Sequence record: ON212266.1
Length of the DNA: 64,000 nt
Source of the DNA: Enterobacter phage fGh-Ecl02
Direction: 5' to 3' (one strand)
Each line of letters begins with the position of its first letter. Position 1 is the stretch's first letter. Shown here piece after piece: positions 26,232-35,238 of the stretch. Both the position numbers and the translations under genes were made by a program. Below the pieces are notes generated by a model that worked only from the letters and a program-made list of their open reading frames with translations, was not told the origin of the DNA and did no database searches.

Positions 26232-27758
26232 ATGTACACCAAATCATGTAAAGTCTGCCACAAACAGTTCCAAAGCAAAATCAAAAATGCAGGAATCTGT
26301 AGCTTAGATTGTCGTAAATTCTATGACAACACCGTGCCGCGCATAAAGCCTGAAATGTTGGCAGACGCTCTGGTGATAACTGATGAAGAAGACTACAAAG
26401 AATTCATCAGAGAATATTTTTACATGAAAAATGGGAAACTGAATTACCAACTTCTTTCTTCCCCCCTTCTTGCGTCTTACCTGAATATGGATCCTCTCAA
26501 GTTTGCTAACTCCCACAATAAAGAGCAAAGTGTAAACGAACGGGTGTTGGTTTGGTTGTATGACTTACAACCAGGGAAGTGTCGGATGTGTGGCAGAAAA
26601 ACTTCATTGGACATAAAAAATTCTATCCCAGCATACAGACAGTATTGTTCCGAGTCTTGTTATGCCCAGTCTATGAAGAGAGGCGGTGAAGGCCGAAAAT
26701 CGTTAGACCATTCCATCAAAAGGAAATATGGCGTTCGTAATGTATTTCTTATCCCTTCTATACTGAAGGTCGCCAAAGAAAATAACGTAAAAACGTGTAT
26801 GGAAAAATACGGGGTTCCTCATGTGTTGTGCAATCCTGATATGTACAAGCACATCACCAAAGATCTTAATAACCAGTCCAAGGCAGAAAGGGAAATATGT
26901 GAATGGTTGGAGTCCGTAGGCGTTAAGCACACCACATCCGATTATTCTTTGATGAAAGGCTATGAATTTGAAGACGGTGGAACTCGGCGCCAGATCGACA
27001 TCTACTGTCCAGACCACAAACTGGCAATTGAATTTAACGGCCTGTACTGGCATAGTGAGATACACAAATATCGCCGTTATCATCTCGAAAAGACAGAGGC
27101 ATGTGAAGCACAAGGCGTTCAGCTGATACACATCTGGGAAGATGAGTGGCATAACAACCCAGAGATCGTGAAAGGGTTGCTGGCTGCCAAACTCGGGATC
27201 AAGAAGCCATCCGGGTACGCCCGTCAGTGTTATGTAGAGGAAGGTAAGAAGTCGGACATTCTAGAACTCCTGGCCTCTCAACACATACAGGGCACCATTC
27301 ATTCGGCCACGCATTACCTTCTCCTCAGAGATAAGAGAGACAACCGGGTTCGGGCTGTCATGACCTTTATCAAACGTGTGGTGAAGGGGGAACAGTGTAT
27401 GGAACTTACGAGGTTTGCCTCCGACGGCATTCACGGGGCGTTCTCTAAACTGCTGGCGTACTACAAGGAACATCTCTGGGATGGCGTGAAGACTTTCTCC
27501 TTTGGCGATAGGTGTGTTGTTAGTCGGTTGTCCAACATTTATCTTTCTCACGGGTTCGTCGAGGAAGAAATACAAGACCCGGATTACAAATATCACAAAC
27601 CAGGGACTCTCATGCGGGAGCACAAGTTTGGATTCAGAAAGGCAGACTTTGCTCAGATGGGCTATGACGTAGAAGGTAAGACAGAAGATCAGTTAGCAAC
27701 CGAAGCCGGGCTGGTCAGGATTTGGAATTGTGGACTGATCAAATATGTCTTGAACTAA
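26232..27758 (+). CDS. Modular nuclease: two zinc ribbons plus a Vsr-like (PD-(D/E)xK, DUF559-type) endonuclease domain. Putative homing-endonuclease-like gene.
   Basis: CxxCH..CxxxC and CRMCG..CSESC ribbons. QIDIYCPDHKLAIEFNGLYWHSE..GVQLIHIWEDE parallels Vsr RPDFVVDEYRCVIFTHGCFWHHH..WRVLIVWE. No similarity to gp24. Sits immediately 3' of gp23. Confidence 0.5.
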   Translation: MYTKSCKVCHKQFQSKIKNAGICSLDCRKFYDNTVPRIKPEMLADALVITDEEDYKEFIREYFYMKNGKLNYQLLSSPLLASYLNMDPLKFANSHNKEQSVNERVLVWLYDLQPGKCRMCGRKTSLDIKNSIPAYRQYCSESCYAQSMKRGGEGRKSLDHSIKRKYGVRNVFLIPSILKVAKENNVKTCMEKYGVPHVLCNPDMYKHITKDLNNQSKAEREICEWLESVGVKHTTSDYSLMKGYEFEDGGTRRQIDIYCPDHKLAIEFNGLYWHSEIHKYRRYHLEKTEACEAQGVQLIHIWEDEWHNNPEIVKGLLAAKLGIKKPSGYARQCYVEEGKKSDILELLASQHIQGTIHSATHYLLLRDKRDNRVRAVMTFIKRVVKGEQCMELTRFASDGIHGAFSKLLAYYKEHLWDGVKTFSFGDRCVVSRLSNIYLSHGFVEEEIQDPDYKYHKPGTLMREHKFGFRKADFAQMGYDVEGKTEDQLATEAGLVRIWNCGLIKYVLN

Positions 27759-27768
27759 AAGATCATTT

Positions 27769-27821
27769 CAATAACAGGGTGAGAGGTATTATTGCCCCGT
27801 CTATTAATCGAGGAAATCACA
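27769..27821 (+). repeat. Repeated leader cassette A (TTCAATAAC..GGTGAGAGGTATTATTGCCCCGTCTA)
   Basis: About 30 nt nearly identical to 28029-28082. Confidence 0.55.
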
Positions 27822-28022
27822 ATGAGCCTGAAAGAAGATTCTGTAAACACCACAGTCGCCAACTCCACCTTCCGTGAGTGGCACGACGTATTGTGTAAAG
27901 TCGCGAAAAGCCAGGGTGGTTCAGCCGCCGACGCCGACGCCTGGCGTGATGATTACGAAGCGGGCAAGACCCCGCGTCAGTCTTGGGAAGATGAATGGGG
28001 TTGGGAAGAACAAGAAGGATAA
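27822..28022 (+). CDS. Hypothetical acidic small protein (67 aa)
   Basis: ORF with SD GAGGA. Preceded by repeated cassette copy A (27769-27821). Confidence 0.4.
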   Translation: MSLKEDSVNTTVANSTFREWHDVLCKVAKSQGGSAADADAWRDDYEAGKTPRQSWEDEWGWEEQEG

Positions 28023-28028
28023 CAGTTT

Positions 28029-28082
28029 TCAATAACGGGGTGAGAGGTATTATTGCCCCGTCTACTATCCGAGGGTTGTATC
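28029..28082 (+). repeat. Repeated leader cassette B
   Basis: Same 30-nt core as copy A, 260 nt downstream. Confidence 0.55.
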
Positions 28083-28307
28083 ATGTACCTGAAAAAGACT
28101 GTGAAGAAGCCGAAAGGCGAAGTGATCGAAGTGTGCCTTATTGAGGCTTATGTTGACTCCTGGAATAACGAGCAGCGCTACTTCATGGTCAACACATTGG
28201 TGTATGTGCCAGCCTCTCACCTGAACCGTGATTTCATCACAACCGAGAACATCGTCCGCTGGGAGATTGCAACGCAGTCCGATATCGACGAACACAACAT
28301 TCTTTGA
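28083..28307 (+). CDS. Hypothetical small protein (75 aa)
   Basis: ORF preceded by repeated cassette copy B (28029-28082). Confidence 0.4.
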   Translation: MYLKKTVKKPKGEVIEVCLIEAYVDSWNNEQRYFMVNTLVYVPASHLNRDFITTENIVRWEIATQSDIDEHNIL

Positions 28308-28324
28308 AAGGAAGGATCTATATC

Positions 28325-28768
28325 ATGTCAAAAGAGAAATACATTTTCATCAGTCCTGCCACGAAGGAGTTCTTCATCTCTGACGTGAAAGACCGTGTTG
28401 AGAAGTTCCGCTACATGCGCAGCTATGGTCTGGCGTCTGGTGAGATCGATTACCAGTCCCTGGATAATGATCGCCAGGATCTGATTGATGACGGCTGGCG
28501 TTTGGTCCCATCCCCTCAGTATATCCATATCAAGCTGTACTACATGAAGGACAGCGGGAAGTATTATTCTGAAGGTGAACTCGTCCTCAATCGTGGAGAG
28601 GCTGAAGCTGAACCTGCTAAGTCCTGGATGGACACTATGGATAAAATCCGCTATCTGCTCGACTCAGGCAATTTGCCCGGTTTGGTTAAAGGTGCCCGGT
28701 ACGAGGTCTTCGTGACCGGAGAAGGGCATCCAGGTGGTTATCCACAACTGTTCCGCATTAACAACTGA
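28325..28768 (+). CDS. Hypothetical protein (148 aa)
   Basis: ORF with SD AAGGAAGGA and the TATATCATG start context. Confidence 0.5.
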   Translation: MSKEKYIFISPATKEFFISDVKDRVEKFRYMRSYGLASGEIDYQSLDNDRQDLIDDGWRLVPSPQYIHIKLYYMKDSGKYYSEGELVLNRGEAEAEPAKSWMDTMDKIRYLLDSGNLPGLVKGARYEVFVTGEGHPGGYPQLFRINN

Positions 28769-28776
28769 GGTCAAAC

Positions 28777-29013
28777 ATGATTATCAAAAAGATCGGCGCA
28801 AGTCCTCTCACTGGTACTATATTCCAGGGCAGGTTGAACACCAAAACCAGCATGTGGGTTGGTGAGAAGACCGACGTGACAGATGACTGCGTGGCGGCCA
28901 CGGCTGAACACTTGCGTCACATCAAGAAAGACTATTGCTTCCCAACAACGGATGGTAAGTTTCTGGTGCTGAGCGCCGAGGTTCACGACACCCTTCCTGA
29001 TCGCTTCAAATAA
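28777..29013 (+). CDS. Hypothetical protein (78 aa)
   Basis: ORF with SD TGAGGT, spacing 7. Confidence 0.45.
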   Translation: MIIKKIGASPLTGTIFQGRLNTKTSMWVGEKTDVTDDCVAATAEHLRHIKKDYCFPTTDGKFLVLSAEVHDTLPDRFK

Positions 29014-29015
29014 AT

Positions 29016-29116
29016 TTTAAATTTATTCAATAAAACGGGGTTTACTTCTTCAATAAACCCCGTATACTTCATTCCATAAGCAGCACAACACTGACTTGAA
29101 ATGAAGGAAATATATC
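29016..29116 (+). repeat. Early-promoter-like intergenic cassette, copy 1 (homologous to 62916-63015)
   Basis: TTCAATAAA + hairpin + GTTTACttcttcaata..(17 nt)..TATACTtcattccataagcag + acttgaa + AGGA..TATATCATG. Confidence 0.6.
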
Positions 29117-29446
29117 ATGACTTTTAAAGGCTTTGTAGCATTCGACGCAACCAAAACCAACGTGCTGAGCAACCCGCAGCTGGAAACCATCTCTGAAATG
29201 CGCCAGTGGGTGATGGGGATCACTGGCCATCAAACCAGAAAGGATCTTGAAGCGGAGTTCTATATCGAACCTGCTGAAGTCTTCTTCAATCGCCCTGAAG
29301 ATGAACCGTTCATCCGTCAAGACTTGGATGACAATGATATCACTCTCGCGGTCTTCTCTGAAGCAAAAGCGGCTATGATCGTGGACGGCCTGTGTGATGA
29401 GTCCTTCACATACGATGAATACTGCGATCAGTGTCAGGATCTGTGA
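29117..29446 (+). CDS. Hypothetical acidic protein (109 aa)
   Basis: ORF downstream of the early-promoter-like cassette at 29016-29116. Confidence 0.5.
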   Translation: MTFKGFVAFDATKTNVLSNPQLETISEMRQWVMGITGHQTRKDLEAEFYIEPAEVFFNRPEDEPFIRQDLDDNDITLAVFSEAKAAMIVDGLCDESFTYDEYCDQCQDL

Positions 29447-29515
29447 TTTGTTCTAAACCTTTGAACAGGGTATGTTAACCGCATACCCTATCCCCTACAA
29501 ATAGAGGACTTTACC

Positions 29516-29860
29516 ATGGCAGCAGACACCAAACTGAACAAATCCGTGGAGATCCCCCACATCGTCAAATTCGAAAAGCCGAGTGAGCGCAAGCCACGCA
29601 AAACGCGCCGCCTGGTCACCAAGCTGGATCTTCTGAAACAGAAGTTCGGCGACCACAGCGTGTTCACTCGCATTCGCAATGCAATAAAGGAAGGGCGAAC
29701 TGAGCTGGAGCTATATCGACCGAACGGTTCGACACGCGCATATCGGACCACTGACGGCTTACTGGAACTGATCCGCCTGAGCGGGATGACGATCGAACCT
29801 CGTTCGTCAGGCACTCCTCTGTGCTCCCTGTACGTAATCGGCAATCTTGGGGCGCTGTGA
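29516..29860 (+). CDS. Hypothetical basic protein (114 aa)
   Basis: ORF with SD AGAGGA. Confidence 0.5.
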   Translation: MAADTKLNKSVEIPHIVKFEKPSERKPRKTRRLVTKLDLLKQKFGDHSVFTRIRNAIKEGRTELELYRPNGSTRAYRTTDGLLELIRLSGMTIEPRSSGTPLCSLYVIGNLGAL

Positions 29861-29864
29861 TTCT

Positions 29865-30287
29865 ATGAAGAAGTATATCGTTCTCATTACGGGTTCCCGC
29901 TCAATCACCGAGCGGGATAAGGTATTCGCCAAGCTGGACGAACTCCTCGATCCTCATGAAGTCTATACGTTGATCGAGGGTGAGGCCACGGGTGTCGACA
30001 CGATTTGCCGTGATTGGGCTGAAATCAATTATGTTCATATCACTCCCATGCCGATCCCTCCGAGCTATTATGAAAAGTATGGGAAAGGGATGGGCAACAA
30101 ACGCAATCAGGACATGTTAGACAAGGCATTGGATCTCGTCAGGCAGACCAAGCTGGAAGTGTATCCGATTGCGATGTGGGATGGTTCGTCCACTGGCACC
30201 CTGGACATGATCAACCGTTGCAAGAAAGCTGGCCTCCCTGTGGATATCACTCTAATGGGTAAGCCGAAGACCAAGCGCCTTTTGTAA
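29865..30287 (+). CDS. DUF2493-type SLOG (DprA/LOG-like Rossmann) protein
   Basis: IVLITGSRS...DEL...LIEGEATGVDTICRDWAE...GNKRNQDML matches the phage DUF2493 signature (VTGSR..D..GgArGADxxAxxWA..RNxxM). Confidence 0.55.
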   Translation: MKKYIVLITGSRSITERDKVFAKLDELLDPHEVYTLIEGEATGVDTICRDWAEINYVHITPMPIPPSYYEKYGKGMGNKRNQDMLDKALDLVRQTKLEVYPIAMWDGSSTGTLDMINRCKKAGLPVDITLMGKPKTKRLL

Positions 30288-30326
30288 CATATCATAAATA
30301 ATTTGAGCACACAGCGGAGATACATC

Positions 30327-30497
30327 ATGTTTGTCGTCATCAATCTGTTCTGTTACATCTTCACGGCGTACTTCTTGGGCGCGGTAGGGATCGAGACCTA
30401 CAATGACCTGAAGGATGGGGAATACGCCAACCGAATGGTTTATGTCAAGAAGTTTGTTCGTAAGTTCTGGTCCAACTTCGTTTACAAACTACCATGA
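30327..30497 (+). CDS. Small membrane protein (56 aa)
   Basis: Hydrophobic N-terminus FVVINLFCYIFTAYFLGAV. SD GGAGA. Confidence 0.4.
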   Translation: MFVVINLFCYIFTAYFLGAVGIETYNDLKDGEYANRMVYVKKFVRKFWSNFVYKLP

Positions 30498-30498
30498 T

Positions 30499-30530
30499 CC
30501 CTAAATACCCCCATCATCCATGGGGGTATT
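30499..30530 (+). promoter_or_regulatory. Late-promoter-like box plus perfect 10-bp leader hairpin
   Basis: CCTAAATACC then ATACCCCCAT-catcc-ATGGGGGTAT. Confidence 0.45.
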
Positions 30531-30535
30531 TTCTT

Positions 30536-31264
30536 ATGAACGCACAGATCTATGACGCCCTATCGCAGGGCAACGCCTTTACCAATCCTCTCCCGTCCCT
30601 CAGCAGCGCCTCAAAGGGGTTAATCACCAGTGGTAAGGCGACTACAGCGTCACTGGCTAACACCGGAAATACGCAGATTCAGGAAGCGCTGACGGCAGGT
30701 GGGTTGACTACAGCCAAACTCAACGAATCTACAGCAATGTTCAACTCAGCCAACGACAGCATCACTGCTTTGAACAACTATGGCGACCAGTCAGTGAACG
30801 AGGCATATTCCCGCATCGGTACATCTGTGTCATATAAGTCCGCCCTGAAGTCTATAGGTAGAGAACCGAACAACTGTGATCTGATCAATAATGCATTTGG
30901 GGTTATTCAGAACCTCGGCAAACAGTGGATCAACACCATGCAAAGTGTTCTCACAACTATCACAAACAAGATGAATGAGCTGGCTGAGTTGGTAGCTCAG
31001 GGTGTCAGTGCTGGTCTTGATGCTATTCGGGCACTGGCTGCTGAAGTTACTCAGGCCATCGACACTGCTGTCGCATCAGTAGCCTCTATTGCTCAAGACA
31101 TCACGAACGGTATTGCAGCAGAGTTAGCCCATATCCAAGACATGGTTGGTAAGTGTCTTAACTTCTCTTTCGCCAACGTGATCTCAGAGTGGGCGAAAGA
31201 TATCTGCGCCGGAGGTGTCATCAACAGCATCGGTTCCGATAATCTGAAGAACGCGCTGAAGTAA
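30536..31264 (+). CDS. Ala/Ser/Thr-rich hypothetical protein (242 aa), probably late-expressed
   Basis: Preceded by CCTAAATACC and a perfect 10-bp leader hairpin (30505-30530). Confidence 0.5.
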   Translation: MNAQIYDALSQGNAFTNPLPSLSSASKGLITSGKATTASLANTGNTQIQEALTAGGLTTAKLNESTAMFNSANDSITALNNYGDQSVNEAYSRIGTSVSYKSALKSIGREPNNCDLINNAFGVIQNLGKQWINTMQSVLTTITNKMNELAELVAQGVSAGLDAIRALAAEVTQAIDTAVASVASIAQDITNGIAAELAHIQDMVGKCLNFSFANVISEWAKDICAGGVINSIGSDNLKNALK

Positions 31265-31672
31265 TCAGTGCTCCCGCGCCGGAAGAACTCCCACTGGTTC
31301 GATGCCATCCAACAGCAGGGAGTTCACACCCACATTACTCAGTCTGATCAAGATCGTTCCCCCTGGGTTAACTTCAAAGATACTCATCCCATTTCCAACC
31401 GCGTCGTTGTTAACGAACACACCCTGAGTTGCGATTCGTACTGGTTTATCTGAGTCATTCATGATCTTGAACGTCACGATTATATCTGATGTTGTATCCA
31501 GTCGCCCAACCATGTGTTGCTTCAGCTTGGCATGGAATGATGGGTTAAAGGTGATAATGATGCTGTTGTTCTGAGAGTAATAAATACTTGCTGATAGGTA
31601 TGGAATCTTCCCTTCATCGCCATGCCGCAGGAGAGGAATTGTGGTCTTCCAGTATGGCTTGAGGGTGCTCAT
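31265..31672 (-). CDS. Hypothetical protein (135 aa) on the opposite strand. Weak resemblance to the dUTPase/dCTP-deaminase beta-barrel fold.
   Basis: Minus-strand ATG at 31670-31672. IIVTFKIMNDSDKPVRIATQGVFV loosely resembles dUTPase motifs III-IV (V.L.N.s..p..I..GdRIAQL). Stop abuts the stop of the 30536-31264 gene. Confidence 0.35.
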   Translation of the reverse strand: MSTLKPYWKTTIPLLRHGDEGKIPYLSASIYYSQNNSIIITFNPSFHAKLKQHMVGRLDTTSDIIVTFKIMNDSDKPVRIATQGVFVNNDAVGNGMSIFEVNPGGTILIRLSNVGVNSLLLDGIEPVGVLPAREH

Positions 31673-31943
31673 GTTCTCATCAAAGCAACCTAAAGGTACG
31701 AGCTTCTGGAAGGGCTGGAACTCTTGCACGATGATGTCCAGCATACCCTTGTTACAAGTGGGAACGCTGGCCGACAACGTCACAGGTACAGTGCGCACTT
31801 CTGGGTTCCAGAGTTCGGAAACAGAAATTATTGGCGTGACAAAGATGCGACAGCTCGTAAACAAGAGCATCGAGCATGCCAACAACAATCTACTGATCCC
31901 GCGCATCAGGGTCACAAAATATCTCCACAGCAAAGGTGCTATT

Positions 31944-32444
31944 ATGTCCAACGTACAATTCAAGAACGAAAACCCTAATTTCGCGGCGTCCGATAAGTGG
32001 CGTCTGACTATCGGAGACCTTGTACTCCTAACCCGTAACATCCACGACTTCAGTATACCAGGAGTGTACTCCGAAGGCATCGATGGTCCGTCTCCTGGTG
32101 ACGTACTGGTTTCTATACCTTCAGAGCGTTTAACCTATGATCCCGTCGTATTTACTTTCGTTATAGACGAGGACTGGAAATCATGGTTACAGATCCACCA
32201 ATGGATTACCAGCAACGTCGGCAAGGATTTGCCTGTCAGCAAGGACATTACCATTGAATTGCTGGATAACCTCAACCGACCGATTGGCCTCACTCTCGTG
32301 CTGGAGGAAGCCCGCCCGACTGCTTTGGACAACGTACTGGTGGACGTAGACGCGGCTGTACCTCAGCTAGTGACGACAGTGACCTTCAAGTTCCAACAGC
32401 TGGTTCCACTATCTGTTGGGAAGGCGATTGATTCTAATCCATGA
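31944..32444 (+). CDS. Hypothetical protein (166 aa)
   Basis: SD AAAGGTG. The longer table ORF from 31641 is rejected because its N-terminal part mirrors the minus-strand gene. Confidence 0.45.
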   Translation: MSNVQFKNENPNFAASDKWRLTIGDLVLLTRNIHDFSIPGVYSEGIDGPSPGDVLVSIPSERLTYDPVVFTFVIDEDWKSWLQIHQWITSNVGKDLPVSKDITIELLDNLNRPIGLTLVLEEARPTALDNVLVDVDAAVPQLVTTVTFKFQQLVPLSVGKAIDSNP

Positions 32445-32486
32445 AATGCGGTATAATTCTATGACATTGACAAGCTGGGATATTTT

Positions 32487-32939
32487 ATGAAAGAACAACT
32501 ACAGACAATGGCCACCGAGGACATCATGAACGAACTGGAGCCACTGATCACAGTGGACCCAGAAGACATGAACCTTGACCAGATCTCACTGAAAATTGGG
32601 CGCTCTTGGATGGCTGTACAGCGGCATTATCTGCGCGAGGGACGTTATCTTGAATTTCTCAACGGGCGCTTCCGCCAAATCGATCTCTATCTGCGCCGCT
32701 ACTATGCAGGGGAGTTACCCCCTAACATCTACGCAGATCGCCCCCTGAAGGTTCGCCCCCTGAAGTCTGACCTAGATACATGGGTCAAAGCAGACGATGA
32801 CTATGTGGAGTTGTCTGTTCTGTTACAAGAACAAAAAGCAAAAGTCAAGTTCATAGAGACTTGTTTGGATCGCCTGAACAAACTGGGATACGAAGTGAAA
32901 AATGCTATTGAATGGAGAAAGTATCTCGATGGTGTATAA
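32487..32939 (+). CDS. Putative recombination mediator UvsY-like protein
   Basis: Size, predicted helicity and LYLRRYYAGE / DRLNKLGYEVKNAIEW resemble T4 UvsY (LDYYSGRGDG..IKSRGFAIKHIQDM). Lies next to uvsW, as in T4-type genomes. Confidence 0.45.
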   Translation: MKEQLQTMATEDIMNELEPLITVDPEDMNLDQISLKIGRSWMAVQRHYLREGRYLEFLNGRFRQIDLYLRRYYAGELPPNIYADRPLKVRPLKSDLDTWVKADDDYVELSVLLQEQKAKVKFIETCLDRLNKLGYEVKNAIEWRKYLDGV

Positions 32940-32954
32940 CAAGGATCACACATA

Positions 32955-33701
32955 ATGGCATCTCTCCAGGATCTACGCAAGCTGAATGACTTCGAAAACC
33001 GTCATTACACATTCCAGCAGTACGAACTTCCTTACAAGGAACTGGAGTGTGTGACGACGGAAAACGGTCGTCATTATGTATCGCCGACTGGTGTCAAGCT
33101 GACATCCGTCACGACTATGCTGGGGCGTACTGGTGATCATGAATGGCTTGAGGCTTGGAGGAAGAAGCTAGGTGCAGAGGCCGCCGACCTTGAGACCATG
33201 CGTTGCGCTGACCGAGGGGAGAAGCTGCACCTTGCGTGCGAACTGTATTTGAAGAACCGCCCAATGAAAGAAGTGTTGGAAGCGGCTGGCGAATACATGT
33301 TCATGTTCAAGCAGCTGTTCCCTTACCTGAACAAGATGACAAAGATCTATGCTCAGGAGATCCCATTATATAGCGAGGTGCTTGGTCTTGCAGGTCGAGT
33401 AGACCTTATCGGGATTTATGAGGGTAAACCTGCTATCATCGACTTCAAGACATCGAACACCATGAAGACGCGGGGCATGATCGAGGATTACAGTATCCAG
33501 CTGTGCTTATATTCGGTCATGTTCCAGCAGATGTTCGGCGTCAAGATCACCCGCCTCATCAACGTGATTGCCAACGAGTCTTCCCCTCTACCAACCGTAA
33601 TTGAGTTCAACCGTGATGACATTCTGACAAAGATGTTTGAGCGTGTTCGTCTGTATCATCGCATGGATAAAGAACAAAACGGAGTCTGGCCAGATCACTA
33701 A
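32955..33701 (+). CDS. PD-(D/E)xK nuclease (RecB/Cas4/YqaJ-like)
   Basis: GRVDLIGI..AIIDFKTS (D..ExK) followed by QLCLYSVMF (the QxxxY motif of RecB-family nucleases). Confidence 0.6.
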   Translation: MASLQDLRKLNDFENRHYTFQQYELPYKELECVTTENGRHYVSPTGVKLTSVTTMLGRTGDHEWLEAWRKKLGAEAADLETMRCADRGEKLHLACELYLKNRPMKEVLEAAGEYMFMFKQLFPYLNKMTKIYAQEIPLYSEVLGLAGRVDLIGIYEGKPAIIDFKTSNTMKTRGMIEDYSIQLCLYSVMFQQMFGVKITRLINVIANESSPLPTVIEFNRDDILTKMFERVRLYHRMDKEQNGVWPDH

Positions 33702-33706
33702 ATACC
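33696..33706 (+). promoter_or_regulatory. Late-promoter-like box upstream of uvsW
   Basis: CACTAAATACC, 25 nt before the ATG. Confidence 0.4.
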
Positions 33707-33729
33707 CCATAATTCTTGGGAGATTTTGT

Positions 33730-35238
33730 ATGGCAGACATCCAGATTGTTAAGGTTAACGAAGTCCGCATGCGTTGCATCGCAGATCTTTCTATCAGGGA
33801 AGAACTGAATGACTACTTCAAATTCGAAGACCCGAACTTCGTTCCCAACCCCTTCTCTAAATGGGACGGGGTTGTTCGCTTGTTCGCCAAGTCATCCGGC
33901 CTGATTGATATCGGCCTACTGTTTGAGGTGTTCAAGTTCTGCAAGAACAACAACTACACCATTGAACTGGATCCGGCTCTGAAGTACATTCAGGACATCC
34001 CAGATCAAGAAATCCATGACTTCATCGACAGTCTGCATCCAAAGATCCGCACCGAAAATCACGAATATATCGATGCCGAGACTCGTGACTACCAGTACGA
34101 CACCATCGCCAAGGCTATGCGTCAAACCAGATGCGTCTGTGAACTGGCTACGAGTGCCGGTAAGTCCTTTATTCTGTATGTCATGGCGCGGTACTACAGG
34201 CGACGCAGAGAAGCTCTCGAAAGTCCTCTGAAGACGCTTATCGTGGTGCCGTCAATCCACCTAGTCACTCAGCTGTACGACAACTTCGAAGAGTATGCGC
34301 ATGGCAGTGATTGGAAGCCCGTTGTTAACACCCAGCTGATTTTTGAGGGCGCGACAAAGGAGATCAGCAAACCAATCGTCATCAGTACATGGCAAGGCAT
34401 TCAAGATCAACCGAAGGAATGGTTCCACCAGTTCGGTGATATCGTGGTGGATGAAGTGCACACCTCCAAGTCTGAGAAACTGTCTTACATCCTAAACAAC
34501 TGCATCTATGCCGACCAGCGCCTGGGGGTTACAGGTACGCTGGCGAATACCAAAGTTGCCGGGCTTCAGGTGGTGGCTCACTTCGGGGCGTACCATAAGA
34601 TCATCACGGCTCGCGATCTTATCAATCTCGGGTACGCCACTGACATCAAAGTGAAGATGATTCAGCTGAAGCACACTCCGGCGGATGCTGTTGGTCTGGA
34701 CGGGGATTATTCCAAGGAAATAGAATACCTTATTACACACCAGTCCCGCAACGAACTGATCGCCAAGATGGCACTGAATCTGAAAGGAAACGTGGCCATC
34801 ATGTTCGAGCGTATTGATGGTCACATGATGGTCGTGTATGATATGCTGAGCGCAGTCAAGCCCAACGTGTTTGTCATCAACGGGGAAGTGAAGATCGAAG
34901 ACCGCCGCCGCATACAGAAAGCGATGGAGGATGGAGAGGACATCACCCTGTTGGCATCATACGGGACAATGCAGCAGGGAGTGTCGATCAAGAAGCTACA
35001 CCACCTTGTACTGGCACACCCGAGCAAGTCATATATCCGCGTCATACAGACATTGGGTCGTCTGATGCGTCAGCACTCCTCTAAGGACGTCGCGTGGATA
35101 TGGGACTTAGTGGATGATGCATCGTACAACGCCAGCACGAACCACGCTCTTAGGCACTCTCATGAGCGTTACAAGTTTTACCTGGCAGAGCGCCACCCTG
35201 TGGAGTTCATGAAGGTGGCGCTGGGTAATCACGATTAA
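33730..35238 (+). CDS. uvsW: UvsW-like SF2 helicase
   Basis: ELATSAGKSFI (motif I), IVVDEVHT (II), VTGT, ASYGTMQQGVSIKKLHHLVLAHPSKS and IQTLGRLMR align with T4 UvsW. Late-promoter-like box upstream. The table ORF starts earlier at 33637. Confidence 0.85.
   Translation: MADIQIVKVNEVRMRCIADLSIREELNDYFKFEDPNFVPNPFSKWDGVVRLFAKSSGLIDIGLLFEVFKFCKNNNYTIELDPALKYIQDIPDQEIHDFIDSLHPKIRTENHEYIDAETRDYQYDTIAKAMRQTRCVCELATSAGKSFILYVMARYYRRRREALESPLKTLIVVPSIHLVTQLYDNFEEYAHGSDWKPVVNTQLIFEGATKEISKPIVISTWQGIQDQPKEWFHQFGDIVVDEVHTSKSEKLSYILNNCIYADQRLGVTGTLANTKVAGLQVVAHFGAYHKIITARDLINLGYATDIKVKMIQLKHTPADAVGLDGDYSKEIEYLITHQSRNELIAKMALNLKGNVAIMFERIDGHMMVVYDMLSAVKPNVFVINGEVKIEDRRRIQKAMEDGEDITLLASYGTMQQGVSIKKLHHLVLAHPSKSYIRVIQTLGRLMRQHSSKDVAWIWDLVDDASYNASTNHALRHSHERYKFYLAERHPVEFMKVALGNHD

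Noticed and set aside
26232-27758. Possibility that the gene after gp23 is the vertex protein gp24
   Set aside because: No similarity to gp23/gp24 capsid folds. It carries zinc ribbons and a Vsr-like nuclease motif instead.
31641-31943. N-terminal 101 codons of the 267-aa + strand ORF beginning at 31641
   Set aside because: This portion mirrors the minus-strand gene 31265-31672 and has no SD. The + gene is better started at ATG 31944 with SD AAAGGTG. Conversely, the N-terminal 136 codons of the minus ORF (31673-32080) were rejected as antisense of that + gene.
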